Assembly (NCBI RefSeq): GCF_000143415.4
Contig: NW_003314308.1
Span: 248,001-312,000, forward strand
Reading direction: 5' to 3'
Origin: Selaginella moellendorffii
Lineage: Eukaryota > Plantae > Lycopodiophyta
DNA: 64,000 nt
Every line of letters starts with the position of its first letter. Within the stretch, counting starts at the first letter, position 1. Below the pieces are notes generated by a model. It saw only the letters and a program-made list of their open reading frames with translations, was not told where the DNA came from and did no database searches. Made by a program: the position numbers and the translations under genes. Of this stretch, positions 23,650 to 33,352 are shown piece after piece.

Positions 23650-25404
23650 ATGGATCTTTCGCCCGGACCGGGGCACCGAGGTACGCTCCCAGTGGAATCG
23701 CAGTCGCGCATCTTCGGATCGCCAGAGAAGCAAGCTCTTGCCGTGATTTCTGGATTGAAGGCGTGCATTCGATCCAAGAATGCCGAGCAAGGGCGGAGAA
23801 TCCACGCCGACGCAGCAGCGCGTGGAATCGACTCGAATATCTTCGTGGCCAGCACGCTGATCAACATGTACTGCAAGTGTGGCAGCCTGATCGATGCTCG
23901 CCGGGTCTTCGACGCCGTGAAATCCCGCAGCGTCGTCCCTTGGAACGTGATGATACTGGGATACGCAGAGAATGGAGATGGAGCTCTAGCTTTGGATTTG
24001 CTCGCCGCGATGGAGCTCCAGGGGTTTTCCCCGGATTCCCAGACGATAGTGGCTGCTCTCAAGGCGTGCGCTAGCTTGGTTTCGCAAGAACAAGGCAGGG
24101 AGATTGGTGGAAGGACTGTGAAGCTGGCTACTCTGGAGAAAGCTTTCGCGATTCACTCTCGAGCCAGGGGATTGATCAAGAACAGTTTTGTGGCGAGCAG
24201 CTTGGTGGATCTCTACGCGAAATGCGGAAGCATGGAGGACGCAGAGAGAGCTTTCGAGGGGATGGACTTTCGAGACGTGGTTTCGTGGAACGCATTGATG
24301 CTTGGCTATGCCGAGAACGGTGAAGAAGAGCTGGCGATGGAAGTCTTGAGAGCTATGGAGCTCCAGGGATGCCGGGCAAACTCCCGGAGCTTTGTGGCGG
24401 CTCTCAAGGCTTGCAGCGGATTGGGAGAGAAGGAAGCTGGGATAGAACTCGATGGAGTGATCGTCAAGGTGAGCTCCATCGAGAAAGGAATGGCTTTGCA
24501 CTCGCGAGCAGCGAAGATTGGCAGCGACAGGGATAAGTTCGTGGCCAGCGCTGCGATGGACATGTACGTGAAGTGTGGGAGCATGGCGGATGCGCAGAGA
24601 GCTTTCGATCGGATGGCTTCTCGCGACGTCGTCTCGTGGAACGCTTTGATCCTCGGCTACGCAGAGACCAACGACCGCGAAAGATCTCTCGAGCTCCTCC
24701 AGCTGATGATCCAAGATGGTGGCTGCGAGCCAAACTCCCGGACGTTTCTAGCCGCTCTAAAGGCCTGCCAGAGCTCTCAAGCGCTCGACTCGACGAAAGT
24801 GATCCACGCCCTTGCGGCGAGACGCGGTTCTTCCGAGAAAGATGGAGTTCTCGCAAACTCGCTCGTCGACGTCTATGGAAAATGTGGCAGCTTGCTCGAC
24901 GCGCACCAGGTATTCGATTCACTCCATTCTAGTGACTCCATAACTTGGACCTCGCTTCTCGCAGGATACGCTCGCAAAGGCGACAGCCAGCGAGTCTTCG
25001 AGCTCTTTCGATCCATGCGAGACGAAGCCATCGAACCAAACAGCGCCACTTTCGTGTGCCTCCTCACGGCTTGCAGCCACAGCGGCGCAGTGGATCGATC
25101 GAAGCAGCTGCTCGAATCGATGCTGCCCAGCCATGGAATTCGCCCAAAGATCGAGCACTACATTTGCGTGATCGACTGCTTGAGCCGGGCCGGGAAGCTG
25201 GAAGAAGCGCTGCGCGTGGCTTATGACATGCCTTACGTGGCGGACGACGTGGCGTGGATGACGGTGCTGGGCGGCGCATGTCATAACGGCGAGGCGGCTG
25301 GGGCGGGCGGTCACGCGTTCGAATCCGTGGTGGGGCTGGGCCATGGGTCGCTGGCTCCGTACGCGCTCATGGCCAACATTCTGGAGGGCCAGGGCGTACG
25401 GTAG
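23650..25404 (+). CDS. PLS-E PPR protein, same subfamily as the divergent neighbour
   Basis: 584-aa intronless ORF; VVSWNALMLGYAENGEEELA, FVAALKAC, FVASSLVDLYAKCGS, ACSHSG, HYICVIDCLSRAG, YALMAN; no DYW. Confidence 0.92.
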   Translation: MDLSPGPGHRGTLPVESQSRIFGSPEKQALAVISGLKACIRSKNAEQGRRIHADAAARGIDSNIFVASTLINMYCKCGSLIDARRVFDAVKSRSVVPWNVMILGYAENGDGALALDLLAAMELQGFSPDSQTIVAALKACASLVSQEQGREIGGRTVKLATLEKAFAIHSRARGLIKNSFVASSLVDLYAKCGSMEDAERAFEGMDFRDVVSWNALMLGYAENGEEELAMEVLRAMELQGCRANSRSFVAALKACSGLGEKEAGIELDGVIVKVSSIEKGMALHSRAAKIGSDRDKFVASAAMDMYVKCGSMADAQRAFDRMASRDVVSWNALILGYAETNDRERSLELLQLMIQDGGCEPNSRTFLAALKACQSSQALDSTKVIHALAARRGSSEKDGVLANSLVDVYGKCGSLLDAHQVFDSLHSSDSITWTSLLAGYARKGDSQRVFELFRSMRDEAIEPNSATFVCLLTACSHSGAVDRSKQLLESMLPSHGIRPKIEHYICVIDCLSRAGKLEEALRVAYDMPYVADDVAWMTVLGGACHNGEAAGAGGHAFESVVGLGHGSLAPYALMANILEGQGVR

Positions 25405-25822
25405 GGCTTAATATCCCCGTAGCCGTGAGAAGCACTTGAACGTTTCCCAGGGAGGAGACGCAACGCTTACGGGCTACCGCCGGTGGCCTCGCGCGATCGA
25501 TCAGTGGCGCCGCCGCGCCGCCGCGCTGTCTGGCCAATCCTCCGGATCTGCGACGAGCGGGCATCGATCTGAGCAGCAGCGCCGGGGATCTTGGAGCCGC
25601 GCGATTTCCAGGTGCTTGTTCTTGCAATTAGGGTAGAGATTGTTGGCAATAATCCCCCTTCTCTTCGTGGATCTTGGCGCAGATGCGAGCGAGCGAGCGA
25701 GCTAGAGGAGCTTGCGCTCTAGGCGCCGCGCGGCCAGCGAGGGCATTTTCATTCTTGCCTTGTCGGTGAAGCGAAGCTCTTGCCGACTGAGGAGGGAAGG
25801 AAGAACAACGCGAAAAAAGAGG

Positions 25823-27214
25823 ATGCCGAAGGATGTGAGCAATCGATCGTCACGAAAATCTCGCCCGCCACACTACCATCCTTACCAGAGCTCCTCTAAA
25901 GAGGGTGGCGACGAGGCTCTGGTCTCGAAAGAATGGGAGGACGCGACATGCCCGATTTGCATGGAGATCCCACACAACGCAGTGCTACTCCTTTGCAGCT
26001 CCCACGACAATGGATGCCGGCCTTACATGTGTGATACGAGCTATCGCCACTCGAATTGCCTGGACCAGTACAAGAAGCTCTCGGGAAGAGGCGGCGGGCA
26101 GTGTAGCAGCCGAGGCGAGGAGGTGATCCACGAGCCACTCTCGTCGGCCGCCGCTGGAGGATCGTCCAGCGCTAGAACTCGCGAGCGATCGGCCGTGAGG
26201 ATGAGACCTCTCCGGGAGCTCTTGCTCATAGGTGACAGCAACAGTAGCAGCAGCTCTAGACGAGGTGGTGGAAACGGTGGTCGTGATGGGTCTGGGACTC
26301 CGGGGCGAGCTCTCAGAGGAGTTCCGGGTGTAGGGGTCGTAGAGGAGGAGCCCGAGGCGGAGGTGGCCGACTTCCAGGAGCAGTCCGAGGCGAGGGAAGC
26401 GTCCGAGGAGCAGCCGGAAGTAAGGAGCAGCTGCAGTGGAATGGGGGAGTCACTCGACTTGATGTGTCCTCTGTGTAGAGGCAAAGTTGTGGGGTGGAAG
26501 GTGGTGGAGCCGGCTCGGCGGCATCTAAACTGCAAGTCGAGGAACTGCGCACAGGAGTCGTGTGGATTCACCGGGAGCTACGACGAGCTGCGGAAGCACG
26601 CTCGGTGTGTGCACCCGTTTGCTCGGCCCTCGGACGTGGATCCGGCCCGGCAGAGGGACTGGAGGCACCTGGAACGCGAGCGGGACATAGGGGACGTGTT
26701 GAGCACCATCCAGTCGGCCATGCCCGGAGCTCGGATCCTGGGTGACTACGTGATCGACGAGGACAACGATGACCAGGAAGATGAGGGTGATGACAATGAT
26801 TTTCCTGGCGACGATGGTAATTGGTGGACAGTCTTTTTGCTTTTTCAAGTGTTTGGTCCTGTAGCAGCGACTGGAGCGACTGCAGGTGGTAGTAGCATCC
26901 CAAGCAGGCTTAGAGGACTTTCGTCCAGGGTGGTGGCGGCGGCCGCGGCGTCGTCGGCTGCCCCGAGGGAAGCTTTGTGGGGGGAGGATATCCAGATGAA
27001 CCGTGTTGTTGGCGGTGACGAGGGAAGAACAGGGACTGTGACTAGTTCTTCGTCTGGAAGCGGTGGTGGAGCTAGCTCGAACTCCACTGCTGCTGCTGCT
27101 GCTGGAGAGAATGGAGGAGAGATTGTTGGGCCTTCGACAACTCGGAGACGACGAACCAGGCACCACCATCAGCACCAGCAGCACCATCACCAGCGGCAGC
27201 AGCACCAGCAGTGA
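25823..27214 (+). CDS. DUF1644 zinc-finger-like protein
   Basis: EWEDATCPICMEIPHNAVLLLCSSHDNGCRPYMCDTSYRHSNCLDQY, LMCPLCRGKVVGWKVVEPAR, HPFARPSDVDP, DVLSTIQSAMPG; ATG at 25823. Confidence 0.92.
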   Translation: MPKDVSNRSSRKSRPPHYHPYQSSSKEGGDEALVSKEWEDATCPICMEIPHNAVLLLCSSHDNGCRPYMCDTSYRHSNCLDQYKKLSGRGGGQCSSRGEEVIHEPLSSAAAGGSSSARTRERSAVRMRPLRELLLIGDSNSSSSSRRGGGNGGRDGSGTPGRALRGVPGVGVVEEEPEAEVADFQEQSEAREASEEQPEVRSSCSGMGESLDLMCPLCRGKVVGWKVVEPARRHLNCKSRNCAQESCGFTGSYDELRKHARCVHPFARPSDVDPARQRDWRHLERERDIGDVLSTIQSAMPGARILGDYVIDEDNDDQEDEGDDNDFPGDDGNWWTVFLLFQVFGPVAATGATAGGSSIPSRLRGLSSRVVAAAAASSAAPREALWGEDIQMNRVVGGDEGRTGTVTSSSSGSGGGASSNSTAAAAAGENGGEIVGPSTTRRRRTRHHHQHQQHHHQRQQHQQ

Positions 27215-27813
27215 AAAGTTCTTCGTCCGGAGGAGAGATTTGCTCGTGAAGTGATCGACATTTGCTCGACGTCGTAGCGAGATCGAATTCTCGAGGTTGA
27301 GAAGTGGTTTTCGCTGGAGAGATCGCTACTTTGCTCCAAATGCCGAGGAGGAAAAGATCGAGCTCGAAAGACTCTTAGAACAATGGAGACTCGCAGGCTC
27401 TAAAGTATGAATTTTTTTTCCTCGTGGTTAAAGTTATGTCGTTCTTTGGTCTCTTCCTGACCGTCGGATTCTCGGCTTGGGTATCCAACGGCCGGCGTTG
27501 AAATGTATGCCGTACACCTTTTTTTTTGGCCCAGGTAGGGTTAGGGTCCTGTGCTAGTGTTCTTGGCGGAGGAGAGGAGCAGTGGCGATGCGGCTCGCCC
27601 GGATTCGGGCACATTCCCTGCCGTAAGAAAGCATTTCCTTGCAGGAATGGTCCGCGTCGGGATGGCGGAGGAGGCGGGGCGATTCCGGCACAGGCTGCGG
27701 CATTCGGATTTCTACTGGAAGAAGCGCAAGGGAATCAGGCGTAGGGAGGGCTGGATCGGTGGCTGGAGCTGAGATTTGGGGGATAATGCAGGGGTAGAGG
27801 CGAGATTCTGGCT

Positions 27814-30800
27814 ATGTCGTGGTTCCTGTGGCTCCTGCTGCTGGCTGCCTCTCTCACTCCGTCCCTCGCACAGCTATCCGGCGACGGCATTGCGCTCCTG
27901 GCAGTAAAGAAGGCGCTTGACCCCTCGGACGCTCTCTCTGGGTGGAACGCGGGCAGCGTTGATCCGTGCTTGTGGGCGGGTGTTAGTTGCGCACAGGATC
28001 GTAGAGTCACGTCTCTCAACTTGACAGGGGCCTTCTTGGGCACTTGTAGCAGCAGCCACAGCGACTCTTGGGAGAATGTCCAAACGCAGCAGCCGGGATC
28101 GTTGGCTTGTTTGCAAGGAGGGTCTTGCATCCTGGAAGGAGTTTTGGCACCGGAGATTGGCAACTTGTCCGAGTTGAGGAGTCTCGTCTTGGGGTATAAC
28201 AGGTTCAGGGGTGGAATTCCCAGGGAGATTTCCAAGCTGCGCAAGCTCCAGGTGCTCAGCCTCCAGGAGAATTCCTTTTCGGGTGGGATACCGGCAGAGC
28301 TTGGAGCTCTTTCCAGCTTGGAGGTGTTGGATCTGGAAGGGAATTTGCTCGACGGCCCAATCCCGCCAGCCATCGCAAGCTGCCGCAGCTTGGTCCACAT
28401 CAGCCTTGGTAGAAACAAGCTCTCTGGGGGGATTCCAGCGAGTTTGGGAGGACTGTCACGCTTGCGTCACCTTTCTTTGACGTCCAACCAGTTGAGCTCT
28501 GTCATTCCTCCGGGGCTACAGGGTCTTTGTGGAACATTGGAGTACTTGGACCTGGGAAGTAACTTTTTTATTCGCGGCATTCCACCTTGGCTGGGAAACT
28601 GCTCGAAGCTACAGGTTCTCGTCCTCGAATCGAACTATCTGCAAGGATTTATTCCTTCCGAGCTCGGCCGTCTGGGAATGCTTCAGGTGCTCGATGTATC
28701 GATGAACAGGCTAACAGGTCAGGTTCCGGCAGCTTTAGGTGACTGCTTGGAGCTCTCCTTTCTGGTTTTGACACATCCGAGCTCGTGTGTTTCGCCCTTC
28801 AACTGTACTACTGGGGATGGTGTCCGGGGTGTTGACAAGGCAGAATTTAATCAGTTCGATGGTCCGCTTCCGAGCAGCATCTCGAAGTTGCCCAAGCTCC
28901 AAGTTCTCTGGGCACCTCATGCAGCGTTAACAGGAGGTATTCCCGACGGGTGGGGGGCCTGTGAGAGGCTGAGGAGCCTCAATCTTGCCGGTAACTCGTT
29001 CACGGGTGACTTTCCTCAGGGCCTTGGAAAGTGCTCGTCACTCACGTACTTAGATCTCAGCTTGAACAGGCTAGAGGCTCAGTTACCACCACAGCTGCCA
29101 ACTTCTTGTATGATCGTCTTCAACGTAAGCAGGAACAGCTTGTCCGGAGATGTTCTACCCCGAAGGAGCATCGAGTGCAATGACACGCAAGAGCCAGTGG
29201 TTTACCCTTCGTTTTGCTCGGGAAGACCGTTTTGCGGGAAACGGAGAAGCGAGACGTGTCTCAGCTCTGGGTTAATCGTTGTGCATGATATAAGCGGCAA
29301 CAATTTCTCGGGTCCTGTTCCAGCACCTTTAATAGGCGACGAGCTGCTGGAACAAGAACCGGTATACGAGCTCCTCATGTCGGAGAATAGGCTGGCCGGC
29401 AACATCCCGTCCTCCTTTTTTGCCTTCTGTGGAAGGTTCAAGGCGTTCATGGCAAACTTGAGCGACAACCAGATTTCGGGCGAGCTGTCCGGCCAGGATA
29501 TAGGAGGATGCAAATCCCTGGTACAGTTCAGTGCTTCGAACAATCTGATCGAGGAGGCTTTGCCGAAGGAGCTTGGGACTCTAGGCAACTTGAGCCTCTT
29601 GGATCTTTCGCGCAATCGGCTAAGCGGCAGCATTCCAGGTGAACTCGGCGAGCTCCAGATGCTGACGAGCCTTTTCCTCGCGAATAATTCTCTCGTGGGA
29701 GATATTCCGGAGAAGCTGGGCCAGGCGTCCTCTCTGAGCCTGCTCGACCTCTCCGGCAACACTTTGAACGGGACCATTCCTTCCTCCCTCGCCAACCTCA
29801 GTCACCTCGAGTACTTGCTACTGAACAACAACGACTTCTCCGGGACAATACCCCCGGTGCTCTCCGACATCACTTCCTTGGTGGCCGTCAACCTCGCCTT
29901 CAACAACTTCTCCGGCTCCGTTCCAAGCTCGGGAAGCTGGGTGGGGATGTGCGACAAGGAGCACTTCCAGGGAAATCCATATCTCAAGCCGTGCCCGACG
30001 TCGCTGGCTGCTTTCGGACCCGGATACATGGAGGAAAATCTTGACCCGGTCGCGGCTCCACAGGACCCTCCGGCCGGTGGCGGACTGAGCGTCGTTGTGA
30101 TCGTGGCGATCACGTCAGGCTGCGCTGTTGCCGTGGTGCTGCTGGTTCTCGTACTCCTGGTCCAGTGCACGAAACAGCGAGTTCCCAGGCCACCTGGAAA
30201 CCGGGGTGGCAGGAAAGAGGTGGTCATTTTCACCAACATCGGTTTCCGGTTCACGTACGAGAACGTCGTCCGAGCGACTGGGAACTTTAGCGTGGACTAC
30301 CTGATAGGAAACGGTGGCTTTGGAGCAACTTACAAGGCGGAGATGATGCCCGGCTTGGTGGTGGCCGTGAAGCGGCTCTCCATTGGGAGGTTCCAAGGCG
30401 TGCAGCAGTTCGACACGGAGATCCGGACGCTGGGGAGGATCCAGCACTCGAACCTGGTGAAGCTCATCGGCTACCACGCGAGCGAGGGGGAGATGTTCCT
30501 CATCTACAACTACTTCCCGCGGGGCAACCTGGAGAGCTTCATCCACAACCGGAGCCGGGGGGAGATAAGCTGGGCGGTGGTGCACAGGATCGCGATGGGC
30601 ATCGCAGAAGCGCTGGCCTACTTGCATGACGAGTGCCAGCCACGGGTGCTCCACCGGGACATCAAGCCGAGCAACATCCTCCTGGACAACAACTTGACGG
30701 CGTTTTTGGCCGACTTTGGGCTGGCCCGGCTGCTCGGTGCGTCCGAGACGCACGCCACGACGGACGTGGCTGGGACCTTCGGCTACGTCGCGCCGGAGTA

Positions 30801-31137
30801 TGCCATGACGTGCCGGGTGTCGGACAAGGCAGACGTTTACAGCTATGGAGTGGTGCTGCTGGAGCTGCTATCGGGGAAGAAGGCGCTGGATCCGGCCTTC
30901 TCGGACTATGGACACGGGTTTACCATCGTCGGGTGGGCGTGCTTGCTCATCGGACAGGGACGAGCTCACGAGGTGTTCATCGTGGAGCTGTGGGAGATGG
31001 GCCCCGAGGCGTTCCTCCTGGAGACGCTCAAGCTGGCGGTGATGTGCACGGTGGATTCGCTCACGGTCAGGCCAACCATGCGGCAAGTGGTGGATCGTTT
31101 GAGACATATGGATCAATCGAGCCTCCCATTCTCGTGA
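27814..31137 (+). CDS. RPK2: LRR receptor-like kinase, RPK2/TOAD2 (LRR-XV) type
   Basis: 1107-aa intronless ORF with signal peptide, LRRs, EFNQFDG island, TM helix, and kinase with TYENVVRATGNF, VAVKRLSIGRFQGVQQF, HRDIKPSN, YAMTCRVSDKADVYSYG. Confidence 0.92.
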   Translation: MSWFLWLLLLAASLTPSLAQLSGDGIALLAVKKALDPSDALSGWNAGSVDPCLWAGVSCAQDRRVTSLNLTGAFLGTCSSSHSDSWENVQTQQPGSLACLQGGSCILEGVLAPEIGNLSELRSLVLGYNRFRGGIPREISKLRKLQVLSLQENSFSGGIPAELGALSSLEVLDLEGNLLDGPIPPAIASCRSLVHISLGRNKLSGGIPASLGGLSRLRHLSLTSNQLSSVIPPGLQGLCGTLEYLDLGSNFFIRGIPPWLGNCSKLQVLVLESNYLQGFIPSELGRLGMLQVLDVSMNRLTGQVPAALGDCLELSFLVLTHPSSCVSPFNCTTGDGVRGVDKAEFNQFDGPLPSSISKLPKLQVLWAPHAALTGGIPDGWGACERLRSLNLAGNSFTGDFPQGLGKCSSLTYLDLSLNRLEAQLPPQLPTSCMIVFNVSRNSLSGDVLPRRSIECNDTQEPVVYPSFCSGRPFCGKRRSETCLSSGLIVVHDISGNNFSGPVPAPLIGDELLEQEPVYELLMSENRLAGNIPSSFFAFCGRFKAFMANLSDNQISGELSGQDIGGCKSLVQFSASNNLIEEALPKELGTLGNLSLLDLSRNRLSGSIPGELGELQMLTSLFLANNSLVGDIPEKLGQASSLSLLDLSGNTLNGTIPSSLANLSHLEYLLLNNNDFSGTIPPVLSDITSLVAVNLAFNNFSGSVPSSGSWVGMCDKEHFQGNPYLKPCPTSLAAFGPGYMEENLDPVAAPQDPPAGGGLSVVVIVAITSGCAVAVVLLVLVLLVQCTKQRVPRPPGNRGGRKEVVIFTNIGFRFTYENVVRATGNFSVDYLIGNGGFGATYKAEMMPGLVVAVKRLSIGRFQGVQQFDTEIRTLGRIQHSNLVKLIGYHASEGEMFLIYNYFPRGNLESFIHNRSRGEISWAVVHRIAMGIAEALAYLHDECQPRVLHRDIKPSNILLDNNLTAFLADFGLARLLGASETHATTDVAGTFGYVAPEYAMTCRVSDKADVYSYGVVLLELLSGKKALDPAFSDYGHGFTIVGWACLLIGQGRAHEVFIVELWEMGPEAFLLETLKLAVMCTVDSLTVRPTMRQVVDRLRHMDQSSLPFS

Positions 31138-31749
31138 CGCTACTACTCCATCCATCCCATTCCAGGTTCTCTCTTTTTTTCCTGTTTTTCTTTGTTTCTT
31201 TTTATTTTCTCTCTTTTTTCTCCTCGGACATTTTTTCTTTCTTGGTTATTCTTTTTCTTTTCTTTCTTTTCTGGTTATTCTTGTTTCTTCCTGGGGAGTG
31301 ATGGAGGAGAGAGTGTCAAGCAAAACTTGCAGGAAGTTTGTCTATATATGATTTATAGAGCAGGGAAGGATTCCTTCTTGTGTTGTATATTGGAAATATA
31401 AAGAGGAAAACGCACCTCTTGAGTTTCTAAAAGCATAAGAGGCCGAGAGAAATTCTAAACAGATCAAAATTTCGTTTTTGGAAAAGTAAAACTCAATTAT
31501 CGAAATCCCACTTACATAGGTGCCTTTATGCCTATATAAAGGGTATAAGTGAAATAGGAGGCTATAAGTGATAAATGTTCAATGTTATCTATATTGTATA
31601 TATCATTTGTATGAAAGAAAGACATTGAGATTGGTATACACAATTTGTATATTAAAGTTTTAATCTGTTGGTAGCTAACTATTACATTTTCTTTTATTAT
31701 CATTTGACACAGGCATTGACCAGCAGTAATGTTGTCTAGAAGGCTCTAG

Positions 31750-32240
31750 AATATAATTTGTTTATAGTCCACTTGCCCTATCTGCATGGATGTAATGCAT
31801 AATTCATTCTTTGGTCCCTTAGTCTTACTCGGAGTGTGGTTTGATCCCGCAATGGCTTATAACTCGGGCATTAATAGAGGATGTGGAAGACATCCTCTAC
31901 TTGGCCCAAATTACATTTTTGACATCGCCTTTGCTCCCAGGGGTTGTGTGGCATCCATTTTCTACTTGCAACTTGTATGCTCCACAACAGTAGGTGGCTA
32001 GTGTTGTGCACACCCACGGTGCTATAGGTAACTGGGGAAATCCAGGTGGGCCAGTTGGATTTATCATCGTGCAGTAAATACCATAGCAGATGGCACCTAT
32101 GGTCAGTGCTAGATCCATCCACCATCTGGTAGTCATCAGACGGGTCTGACTAGCTCCATGCGTCCTAGGTTGTGCCATATAGAATCGTCTATGGCACGAG
32201 TAGTTACTTGGTCTCTTCATAGCCAACCAAGAGCTCAAGT
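31750..32240 (-). mobile_element. Non-LTR retrotransposon (LINE) ORF2 C-terminal remnant
   Basis: Minus frame SHLLLWSIQVASRKW..PWEQRRCQKCNLGQVEDVFHILY*CPSYKPLR matches the CxxC...EDxxH..xxCPxY zinc knuckle of LINE ORF2; internal stop. Confidence 0.65.
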
Positions 32241-33352
32241 CTAGAGAATCTTGGTGCTGGAAAGTGGATTATTGTCTTTGTTCAAATCCTCAAACATATC
32301 GCCTTTTATACAACTATTAAGATCTTATTAAGCATAAGATTGAACCCATGAACTCAATAGAGAAGAGTCTTTGAAGGGTATCTAGATGATGTATTTTATG
32401 ATGGTTTTTAAGGATCTTTTCACTTGGCTGTATTAAGGTATATTTTAGAGTAATCCAGAACCAAGCTAAAGATAAAGAGACATACTTACTAGCTCTTAAT
32501 TTATTGGTATGAATATACATGCATTTTTCTCATCAAGATTTTATTAAGGAAAGTATGAATTCTCTCTATTTCTTGGTGGTGTTGGTTCTCTCCGGTGCTT
32601 GGAGGAATTTCAGGAGTTAAACCTCAAGCTAGGACCTCATGCCTCCAGCTGGGCACTAATGAGTAGCACTCTGATGTAATAATAATAATTAGTTTTTATA
32701 TTGTTTTAAATGTGGTTGCATACATATGAGGTTACATGCTAAATAATGCTAACTCCTTTATAGACTTGCATAGTATGAGTTGATATGGTTTATAATGAGT
32801 TGAACTAAATGCATTATATAACTTATTTGCAAGCTTGTATTTAGAGAAGTTCAAAGTTTATGTGGTCAACACGGACAATTTTTACTTTTATTGAACTTGA
32901 ATCCAATTAATCTTGTGTTTATAATAAACTTTTCTAAACACCTCCTAAAATATTCGTTTACCCTTGTGACGTGTCAAGTAATTCACCACCAAACGCTTTA
33001 CGTGGTGGTCCAAAGCGGCCAATAGGGCTGTTTTGCTTACTAAGCTGGACCGCTCTTGGAAGATTCGTGAAGGTAATAGCATCCGAGTGCCTTACAATCT
33101 TCTCACAATCGTGACATTGAGCTTGCTCTGATACAATGACAAGATCATGAACTGAGGTGTATTGCAAAGATCTGCATGATGGGACAGTAAATCGTCTCTC
33201 CTCTATCCACGTCCACGCAACACAACAAAGGGGAGTCAGTGTGGGGAGAGATTTTCAGCCATTTGGAAGAAAGGAGATAGAGACCAACTGGGAAAGAGGA
33301 GTTCAAGAGGTTTGATAGAAATCCTATTCCTTTGGTCAAAGTAAAGATTGGG

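Noticed and set aside
33161-33175. 14-nt match (ttgcaaagatctgc) to the 59.36 kb hairpin arm upstream of CYP copy 1
   Set aside because: Too short for plant small-RNA targeting and probably outside the mRNA
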